Shown here: positions 56,962 to 64,000 of the stretch, in pieces
Layout of the letters: each line of letters begins with the position of its first letter
How positions within the stretch are numbered: the stretch's first letter is position 1
Source: an uncultured bacterium
GTDB taxonomy: Bacteria > Zhuqueibacterota > QNDG01 > DTFT01
Assembly (NCBI GenBank): GCA_963736115.1
Contig: CAVTNR010000014.1
Coordinates: 32,001-96,000 of the forward strand
DNA length: 64,000 nt
Reading direction: 5' to 3'
The notes under the pieces: generated by a model
Databases searched by the model: none
What the model was told of the DNA's origin: nothing
Seen by the model: the letters and a program-made list of their open reading frames with translations, nothing else
Program-made: the position numbers and the translations under genes

Positions 56962-58764
56962 ATGCTAAAAGAACATCCAAGAGGGTTACTTGTCGCATTC
57001 ATCGCCAACATGGGCGAACGCTTTGGCTTTTACACCATGATGGCCATTCTGGTGCTGTTCCTGCAGGCCAAATATGGTCTCAGCGAAAGAGAAGCAGGAA
57101 GTTACTACAGCTGGTTCTATTTCGGTATTTACGCGCTGGCGCTGTTTGGCGGCACGATAGCGGATTGGAGCAAAAAGTACAAGCTGGTCATTCTGGTTGG
57201 TCTGCTCGTCATGTTCTCCGGTTACATTATTATGAGTCTGCCGGGCAACACCCTTGCCATGACGCTGATCGGTCTTTTTATCATTGCCTTTGGCAATGGT
57301 TTATTTAAAGGCAACCTGCAGGCGGTGGTCGGTCAGATGTACGACAATCCGCAGTACTCCAAAGTCCGCGACTCCGCATACATGATTTTCTACATGGGCA
57401 TAAACGTCGGCGCTTTTTTCGCGCCATTTGCCGCCACAGCGGCCCGCAACTGGTTTTTAAAGACACAAGGGCTGCTCCACGACGGCAGTATGCCTGCCAT
57501 GTGTCATGCCTTCATGCGCGGAGAAATGAACGATATCGGAAAATTTCAGGCGCTCGCCGACAAAGTCTCCGGGCAAACGGTCACAAATCCGGGCGTATTT
57601 GCACAGCATTATATCGATGTTTTCTCCAGGGGTTACAATTATGCCTTTGCGCTCGCGGCAGGGGCGATGATTCTTTCCACCCTGGTTTTCGTCATTTTCA
57701 ATAAACATTTGCCGAACAAAGAAAATTCGGCCGTCAAGGAGAAAGTTGGTAAGGGATCACTGTCTTTTGTCTTGGCGCTGATCGCCGCCGCGGCATCAGC
57801 CGGTTTGGCATACCTCGCCTCCGGCAATGTGGACATATCGTTCGCTATCGGTCTTTTCATCGGGTTTGTAACATGGATCGTGCAGATTTCCACCAAAGAA
57901 GAACGGCCGCGCATCGTCGCCCTGCTACTGGTATTCCTAGTGGTCATCTTCTTCTGGATGTCATTCCACCAGAATGGGCTCACGCTCACCTTCTTCGCCC
58001 GCGATTATACGGTCAAGGAAGTCGGTCCTTTCACCAACATATTCTTCGATCTCACATCCATGCTGGTATTTATCGGAGCGGTGGCCGGATTTTTCCTGCT
58101 CCTGCTGAACAAGAAATCGTTGGGCAAATTGATCGGCGGAGTCATGTTGGCTGGTTTAGGCTATTTAACCTATTACTTTGTCTCGCGAAATCAGACTTTA
58201 AATCCCATCGCCCCCGAAGTATTTCAGTCATTCAATCCGCTCTTCATTGTTGCGCTAACTTTTCCGGTGATGGCCATTTTCGCCTGGTTGAATCGAAAAA
58301 ATATTGAGCCTTCAACGCCGAAAAAGATCGGCATCGGCATGATCATCGCATCCATCGGCTTTCTCATCGTGCTGGTCGCCTCCCTCAAGCTGGTGTCGCC
58401 GCACATGCTGCAATACGTCGACGGGTTCGGCAAGCAGGCGTACAATCCGGTGCCGGATACATCGCGGGTCTCGCCCTACTGGCTGATCCACAGTTACCTC
58501 ATCCTCACCATTGCAGAACTATTCCTCAGTCCGATGGGATTGTCTTTTGTGTCGAAAGTTGCGCCAGTGCGTTTCCAGGGCGTGATGCAGGGTGGCTGGC
58601 TGCTGGCTACGGCCGTTGGTAACAAGCTCCTGGTCGTCGGCAGTTACTTCTGGGGCAAACTGGATCTGTGGCAGCTTTGGGGTATTTTTATCATCTGCTG
58701 TTTGTTATCGGCTGGATTTATTTTTTCAATCATGAAAAGGCTAGAGCAATCCACCAAAAGCTGA
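56962..58764 (+). CDS. POT/PTR proton-dependent oligopeptide transporter
   Basis: HPRGL, ERFGFY, GNGLFK, FYMGINVG, FQSFNP, ELFLSPMGLS. Confidence 0.94.
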   Translation: MLKEHPRGLLVAFIANMGERFGFYTMMAILVLFLQAKYGLSEREAGSYYSWFYFGIYALALFGGTIADWSKKYKLVILVGLLVMFSGYIIMSLPGNTLAMTLIGLFIIAFGNGLFKGNLQAVVGQMYDNPQYSKVRDSAYMIFYMGINVGAFFAPFAATAARNWFLKTQGLLHDGSMPAMCHAFMRGEMNDIGKFQALADKVSGQTVTNPGVFAQHYIDVFSRGYNYAFALAAGAMILSTLVFVIFNKHLPNKENSAVKEKVGKGSLSFVLALIAAAASAGLAYLASGNVDISFAIGLFIGFVTWIVQISTKEERPRIVALLLVFLVVIFFWMSFHQNGLTLTFFARDYTVKEVGPFTNIFFDLTSMLVFIGAVAGFFLLLLNKKSLGKLIGGVMLAGLGYLTYYFVSRNQTLNPIAPEVFQSFNPLFIVALTFPVMAIFAWLNRKNIEPSTPKKIGIGMIIASIGFLIVLVASLKLVSPHMLQYVDGFGKQAYNPVPDTSRVSPYWLIHSYLILTIAELFLSPMGLSFVSKVAPVRFQGVMQGGWLLATAVGNKLLVVGSYFWGKLDLWQLWGIFIICCLLSAGFIFSIMKRLEQSTKS

Positions 58765-59039
58765 GTGGATTGTGTAATAATAACGGCCTCGAAATTCGAG
58801 TTCCAGGCCGATTCTGGCAGAAAAATGGGTAAAATTCAATCGAGTCCGGATGCGATGCAAATGAAAATTTCAATCAACGATGATTTTGATTTTCACCATA
58901 TCACACAAAAATGGGGAATACTCCACTTTCATATACCTCCAACTTCCGGATATAAATACCCCGATCCAGCAGTGAAGCCCGGCATCATGATGCGCCCGGG
59001 GTTCGGAAACTCCGGGCGATCAAAAATATAATAAATATT

Positions 59040-59161
59040 GTATAACCCATGCATTTTGCTGGACGCAACCCGAACGTGCAATTTTCATAGTTGGCTGATC
59101 ACTTCATGGTTAGTAATGTATTTTAACCTTTAAGGTTGCGCCGCAAATGCTTGCGTTATGG
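59040..59161 (+). other. Integron attC site 3 (122 bp)
   Basis: R'' GTATAAC ... R' GTTATGG; GCATT(T)TGC(T)GGACGCAACC pairs with GGTTGCGCCGCAAATGC with extrahelical bases. Confidence 0.82.
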
Positions 59162-59408
59162 TAGAAATCGTGGCAATTTTAAGTTTTCAAAGAAATATAT
59201 TAGATCAATAAAACTGCCAGGGGCGCCTGCCCATACCTAACCCCTCCCCTGAACGGCGCCTGGCAGTAACGAAAACAAAAGAAGAAGATATAATAGAAGA
59301 AGAAGGGAAATAGTGTAATCGGCAATTTTTAATTATACTAAAAATGTAAATTTGAAAATGTACGACTTCTTGTTTGAATCCTCTTTTAGAACAGAAAAGA
59401 TACTTCGA

Positions 59409-59500
59409 CCATAACCCGCACCTTGGACTCAGTTGTGGCTTCCTGGAGCCCGTGCAATCCGAAAGCAATCATGCCCGCCCGCACAGGTTGCCCGTTGTGA
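59409..59500 (+). other. attC site 4 (attC1/attC2 family, internally deleted)
   Basis: R'' CCATAAC is complementary to GTTATGG at 59155; body ACTCAGTTGTGGCTT...GTGCAATCCG...CCGCCCGCAC homologous to attC1/attC2; R' GTTGTGA. Confidence 0.78.
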
Positions 59501-59653
59501 GTTGTTTGAGAGCGCAATAAAGTTGAACTCGACGTGCCGCACACTTTCAAAAGAACGGTAAACGTTAAAGCTGAAAATGATGCATAAAAGACGGTTACTT
59601 TCTTCAAGAAAGTAACCGTCTTTTAATCGGGATAATAGAAAAGGGAGGAAAAG

Positions 59654-60568
59654 ATGAGAAACAAAATCATTATTCTTATATCCACCTGTATTTACCTTTT
59701 TCAAACAGGTTGTGTTGAGGATCCTCTTTCATCGATCTTTCATTTCGACAACTCGGACAATCGGGTTCTTTTTTACGCGATTTCCATTGAGAATAATCGG
59801 GATATCGGCATTTATATCATGGATCCGGACAGTCTGAATGCCGAATTGATCATTCAGGGAGCATACAGTTACCCGATCTGGCAGGACACTAAAGACAAGA
59901 TCGCGTATCAGGACCTAACCGATTGTTCAGTTGAAATCAGGTCTTTGAATGACAGAAACAGTCCCCCACTGGAGTGCATCCCTTACAACCAAAATTTCCT
60001 TTTTATGCGTCATTCAATCCTTTTGGGTTCATACCTGTTTTCATCTCAAATCGGGGGCGGATCTAAAATCGTGATCATGAATGATGAAGGAGATTCCTGC
60101 AGGACGATCAGCCAGTCGAATTATTTCGAAGGAAATCCCGTAACAAGCGCATTCGGATCCCGGATTTATTTTTCGAGGGAAGTGAATGGATTTGACGGCA
60201 TATTCAGGATGGATCGTAACGGTGAAAATGTCGGTGAAATCCTGTCGTGCAGGGCAAATCTAAACACGTTTTCAGTCAGTTATGACGGCAGTCTCATCGT
60301 CTCGCCCCGGTACGTCGACGACGAAGGCGATATCATCGTATTCGATCTGGAATCCAATCAGATACTGCATGAAATATTCCCGTCTGTCCCGGGGATCCCG
60401 CTGTACACATCCTTTTCATCGGACAACCGGACCGTTTATTTCGTTAATGGATTTCCGAACGATTACTCCAAACCCAGAAATTTATACCGGGTTGATATCG
60501 ACGGCTCGAATCTGGAGCAACTGACGCATTTTACGGACAGGATGGTCAGCCGTCCGCTGGCTTGGTAA
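59654..60568 (+). CDS. TolB/PD40-like beta-propeller lipoprotein
   Basis: QTGC lipobox-like; IYIMD.D, IFRMD.NG, S.DG, FSSDN..VYF, LYRVDIDGSNLEQLT; GGAGG RBS. Confidence 0.75.
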   Translation: MRNKIIILISTCIYLFQTGCVEDPLSSIFHFDNSDNRVLFYAISIENNRDIGIYIMDPDSLNAELIIQGAYSYPIWQDTKDKIAYQDLTDCSVEIRSLNDRNSPPLECIPYNQNFLFMRHSILLGSYLFSSQIGGGSKIVIMNDEGDSCRTISQSNYFEGNPVTSAFGSRIYFSREVNGFDGIFRMDRNGENVGEILSCRANLNTFSVSYDGSLIVSPRYVDDEGDIIVFDLESNQILHEIFPSVPGIPLYTSFSSDNRTVYFVNGFPNDYSKPRNLYRVDIDGSNLEQLTHFTDRMVSRPLAW

Positions 60569-60570
60569 CG

Positions 60571-60607
60571 GAACGCTCCGGGAGGTTCGGAATCTCCCGG
60601 AGCGTTC
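60571..60607. terminator. Hairpin between convergent genes
   Basis: GAACGCTCCGGGAG / CTCCCGGAGCGTTC 14-bp perfect stem. Confidence 0.65.
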
Positions 60608-63119
60608 ATGCTATTTCCACACACTCCATATCTATTCCCATCCAATCCCTCTTGTCCGGCAAATGGAACGCCCCTTTCAGAAAATCCTCGACGGAAAACT
60701 TGATGCCTGCCTTCAATTCGATTATCCAAGTCCCATCGTTTGGCGGCCTTGAAACAGTCAGCGACTCCAGTATCTTTTTCTTTAGGGCCGGTGCCGAGAA
60801 CGTGAATGTCTGGTTTCCGTCCGACGGGCCTGTGCGGGTGGCAGCCAGGCCTTTCGACCGAAAATATTCCGAAGCCTCGAACGGGAAAGGGGAGAGGATG
60901 CGGAAGCGGAAGGCTGCGGGCTCATCCTGAACCTCCCCCATTAAAACTCCAGTACTCCCCAGAAGGCGGTTGACATTAGCCAGCTTATCCGCATCAGTTA
61001 ACAAGCCTCTGAGCACCGGCAACCCCTCCGGCCTCCACCTGAGCGTCAGAATATCCTCCCCCCACAGCCAGGCCGGATTTTCCCTGGACTGCCAGAAGGA
61101 TCCTGCAAATCCGAAATAATGGGAGATCAGTGATGCGTCCGTAAGCATCAAAGTGGAGGACATCGCGGATGCCAGAACATTCCGGTCCACGCCTCGGAAA
61201 TTCCGGCTTGCGCGGACGGACAGACGGACTTCGATAATGGATTTTCGAACAGCGGTCACACGTTGTGCCAGATCTTCAGCGAATCGGCCGGAGATAGGAG
61301 AACGTTCCGGATGGGGAAGGTCAGGGCAGGCTGCGCAATCGCCGCAGGATCCGTCAGGAGAATCCGGACGGCCGCAGGGACGCATCTCGATGAAGTCCCG
61401 GTTTTTCTCCCATCTGGCAACGAGGGAATCGTATGAAATTCCGGTTTCGACGACGCGCCACGGTTTGTTCCGTCCTTCGTCCGTGGAATGACCTTTCAGA
61501 AGGGAATTCGGATCTATGCCTGCGGCTGTCAGGCGTGCTCTGAATTCGGAAACAAATCGCGCCGGAACGCTTCGGAAATACAGCCGTTCCGTTTCAAGCG
61601 CGGTCGACTTCAGTATCTCCCCGATTCGACTGTCTCCGGGACGGACGAGAACCTGGGAAAGCCAGTATTCCTCAGGTGATGCGGACTCCCTGAATTCGAA
61701 ACCTTTCAAAGTCACAGATCGGCTTATCCGTCGGAGCACTTCCGAAATCGTTTCCATGGATGGGGCGTCCTCGAATTCAAGAGGGGTCCATGGAAACCGG
61801 ACCAGCGGCGTGACTGAGAATTGCACGCCCGGACTGCGGCCTGTTTTCGTCTGAATCGAACGGAGCCGGTTCAGCAGGGCTTCGAATTCCGTGTAATCGT
61901 CCTCCGATTCAAGACCGGGCGCGATCAGGAAAATCTTGAGGCTGCGCAGGGGGACTTTATGGATTTCTAAAAGGCTGGAGTAAAGCTGTTCATCGTCGAT
62001 CTGCTTGTTCAGGTAGCGCCGGAGGCGTCCGGAAATGCCCTCCAGCCCGCAGGTCAGGTTTGATTTACCGACAGCGTGGAGAAGGGGGGCAAGGCCGGAG
62101 TCGGATGCGAAACGGTCGAACCGCTGGCTCTTCAGCCGCACCCGGTCGAAACGATCGGCAGCGCGGCCGATCAGGCCTGCAAACCGGCTATGGGCGTTGA
62201 AATTGAAAGCCGCGAGTTCGATTTGGGACAGCCCTATTCCGGCCTTGAGCCCGTCCATTTCACGGAACAGATATTCTTCAGGATATTCCCCATAGGGTTT
62301 CAAGGCCCAGCTTTCAGCGCAGAACGAGCAGGACGAGGGGCATCCGGAGCTGATCCACAGCGGCGCGCAACCGGCCTGGGATTCTCCGGGAAGCACAGGC
62401 GCGGATGCGGCTGTCGTGACACCGTCCGTTTCCCGTAAAAGTGAAGTCGGCCGGCCGACTGTCGTACGGCGCAGGTGATCCGGTTGAATGAAACCATCTA
62501 CGGATTCCAGGGATTCGAGTATTTCCCTCTTGGAGAGACCCTTTTCCGTACCTTCCCGGCACATCCGGAATACGTCAGCCACAGGCCCGGTTCCGTTACC
62601 GATGAACACACCGTCCACAAGCGGGTCCGCGTTCCAGAAAACGGACGTATGCAGGCTATTGGCGCCCCCGAGAATGACAAGAGGCACGTCCGGCCGGGGC
62701 AGGCGTTCGGATTTGGATAGAGGGATGCCGCTCCTGGTCATCAGAACCGGAAGGTTGATCAATTCCTGAACGCAGGAGTTGGAGACAGCAAGAAGGTTAA
62801 AATCCAATGGACCGCGTTTTGAGGATATGCCCAGCCACCAGGGAAGACCTGCCTGTTTGAATGTCGGAAGGTCATTGGGCGGCGGGAGGAAGGCCAGATC
62901 AGGAAAAGTCGAAGGATCGGACGCGGCGATTGCGTATAAAAGCCTGTGCGTCCATGAATCCACAGAATCATAATAGGAGGAAAGTCGGGCGATGAGCAGG
63001 CGGAAAGGCCGGTCCCGCATTGCCGAAGGAGGCAGGAGGTTCCATCCGCAGCCTCTCAGCCAGACGCCCCCGCCGGTCAGGCGGTGACCGTTTGTTTCAT
63101 ACCAAGGGGTGAAGTCCAT
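60606..63119 (-). CDS. Large radical SAM protein (TIGR03960-like N-terminus), start uncertain
   Basis: GCPSSCSFC (CxxxCxxC), EL.N...L...GIPL, LGG, GLEG.S.RLR...NK, P.TPLEF, C-terminal CxxCxxC. Confidence 0.8.
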   Translation of the reverse strand: MDFTPWYETNGHRLTGGGVWLRGCGWNLLPPSAMRDRPFRLLIARLSSYYDSVDSWTHRLLYAIAASDPSTFPDLAFLPPPNDLPTFKQAGLPWWLGISSKRGPLDFNLLAVSNSCVQELINLPVLMTRSGIPLSKSERLPRPDVPLVILGGANSLHTSVFWNADPLVDGVFIGNGTGPVADVFRMCREGTEKGLSKREILESLESVDGFIQPDHLRRTTVGRPTSLLRETDGVTTAASAPVLPGESQAGCAPLWISSGCPSSCSFCAESWALKPYGEYPEEYLFREMDGLKAGIGLSQIELAAFNFNAHSRFAGLIGRAADRFDRVRLKSQRFDRFASDSGLAPLLHAVGKSNLTCGLEGISGRLRRYLNKQIDDEQLYSSLLEIHKVPLRSLKIFLIAPGLESEDDYTEFEALLNRLRSIQTKTGRSPGVQFSVTPLVRFPWTPLEFEDAPSMETISEVLRRISRSVTLKGFEFRESASPEEYWLSQVLVRPGDSRIGEILKSTALETERLYFRSVPARFVSEFRARLTAAGIDPNSLLKGHSTDEGRNKPWRVVETGISYDSLVARWEKNRDFIEMRPCGRPDSPDGSCGDCAACPDLPHPERSPISGRFAEDLAQRVTAVRKSIIEVRLSVRASRNFRGVDRNVLASAMSSTLMLTDASLISHYFGFAGSFWQSRENPAWLWGEDILTLRWRPEGLPVLRGLLTDADKLANVNRLLGSTGVLMGEVQDEPAAFRFRILSPFPFEASEYFRSKGLAATRTGPSDGNQTFTFSAPALKKKILESLTVSRPPNDGTWIIELKAGIKFSVEDFLKGAFHLPDKRDWMGIDMECVEIA

Positions 63120-63182
63120 GAGTGTCCGGTTAAATGAATTTGGCCCGGGTTGGATACTCCGGGCCATCAAGTCAAAGGTTTA

Positions 63183-63680
63183 TCACGGGGACGGATTACC
63201 GGTAGGCCCGTGCCGACGTCCAATCCGCAATCCGATTTCCATAACCACACACAGCCCGACCCAGACTGGAGCGAACGCGACAATATCTCCAGCCCAGAAC
63301 AGGCCGAATCCGAAATCATGATACGAGAAGGGGAAGAGCCAGAAATTATTGCCCGTTACCTGCTTCTGAAAACAGTCCAGGAGAAAGTGGAAAAGCCCCC
63401 CTGCAACCAGAAAGCGGAACGCCGTTGGCTGGAAAGGTTTCTCGAAACGCGAAGCCAGAAGCCCTGAAGCGGCCAGAAGCCCGGCCGGTGTGTGGAAAGC
63501 GACCACCCAGTCGTGCACACCCGGGAAGAGGATGTACAGGGGGCGGCTGAGAATGTCCGGCAGGATGACGCCGAGAAAGAACAGCATGCGTTTCGAAGCG
63601 TCGTCCCTGGAGGGCTTCAGGATCTCAACCGGCCGGCGGATCAGGTAACCGATGGCCGCGTGCGTGACCAGATCAGGCAC
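63183..63680 (-). CDS. Membrane-bound metal-dependent hydrolase (YdjM-like)
   Basis: TH...G..LPD...HT...H.LLD...LFPF. Confidence 0.75.
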   Translation of the reverse strand: MPDLVTHAAIGYLIRRPVEILKPSRDDASKRMLFFLGVILPDILSRPLYILFPGVHDWVVAFHTPAGLLAASGLLASRFEKPFQPTAFRFLVAGGLFHFLLDCFQKQVTGNNFWLFPFSYHDFGFGLFWAGDIVAFAPVWVGLCVVMEIGLRIGRRHGPTGNPSP

Positions 63681-64000
63681 GGATCCTCCTGTAAAACGTC
63701 CTATCCCGGAAATCGAAGCGGAACCGGATCAGGAAGAGGAGAACGATCAAAGCCGCAGGGATCAGGGAAATGATCATTTTCTCCCTGCGACCCCGGGCGA
63801 CGACGATGCGTGCGGCTTCCAGTGATCCGTCCTCGCGCAGGACCGCCTTCAGTCCAGTGTATTCACCGGATTTCAGTCCGGTTGTGTCCGCATGGACGAA
63901 AACGGGTTTCTCCCCTCGCTGGAGCAGGGTGAACCCGTCCGGTCCGATCGGACCGATCATCGGCTCCCGGAAGGACTCGATCACGCGCCCCCTGCAGCGG
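63673..64000 (-). CDS. Hypothetical membrane protein, 5' part outside window
   Basis: Open frame with C-terminal TM helix overlapping the next start codon. Confidence 0.5.
   Translation of the reverse strand, partial: RCRGRVIESFREPMIGPIGPDGFTLLQRGEKPVFVHADTTGLKSGEYTGLKAVLREDGSLEAARIVVARGRREKMIISLIPAALIVLLFLIRFRFDFRDRTFYRRIRA

Noticed and set aside
59654-60568. TolB-like gene as a further integron cassette
   Set aside because: It is followed by a perfect terminator-like hairpin, not an attC with a matching TCACAAC end.
1-64000. tRNA, rRNA, riboswitches, reverse transcriptase/DGR
   Set aside because: None recognised by eye; a covariance-model scan would be needed to exclude small RNAs.

Overview
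GC-rich bacterial chromosome segment, mostly + strand housekeeping genes. Gene content suggests an FCB-superphylum-type Gram-negative organism (inference). It carries kdsA-transaldolase-kdsD-lptCAB-rpoN, hslVU, argF, hypFCDE, radC-birA-coaX, TPM/LemA, a UvrD-nuclease fusion, rnhB, a SWIM/SNF2 helicase, mutY and DUF1080 plus Gfo/Idh/MocA genes. The main accessory feature is an AT-rich island at about 53.5-60.6 kb: an integrase-less integron remnant with a probable attI and four attC sites. One attC is split by an IS110-family (IS1111-type) element. At the 3' end of its recombinase gene a bridge/seek RNA can be read from the sequence: two guides together cover the 16-bp attC target GGGACGGTGCCCTACT and two more match the element's own circle junction. 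Another attC of the same family lacks exactly this target segment. Other notable features are four inverted heptamer-array elements (GTTCATR)n...(YATGAAC)n at gene junctions, three GTAG-type REP families, an in-frame palindromic insertion in a PhzF gene and a promoter-preceded rod-like hairpin. Single-base frameshifts in hslU and a glycosyltransferase look like sequencing errors. All calls come from reading the sequence by eye; no database searches were run.
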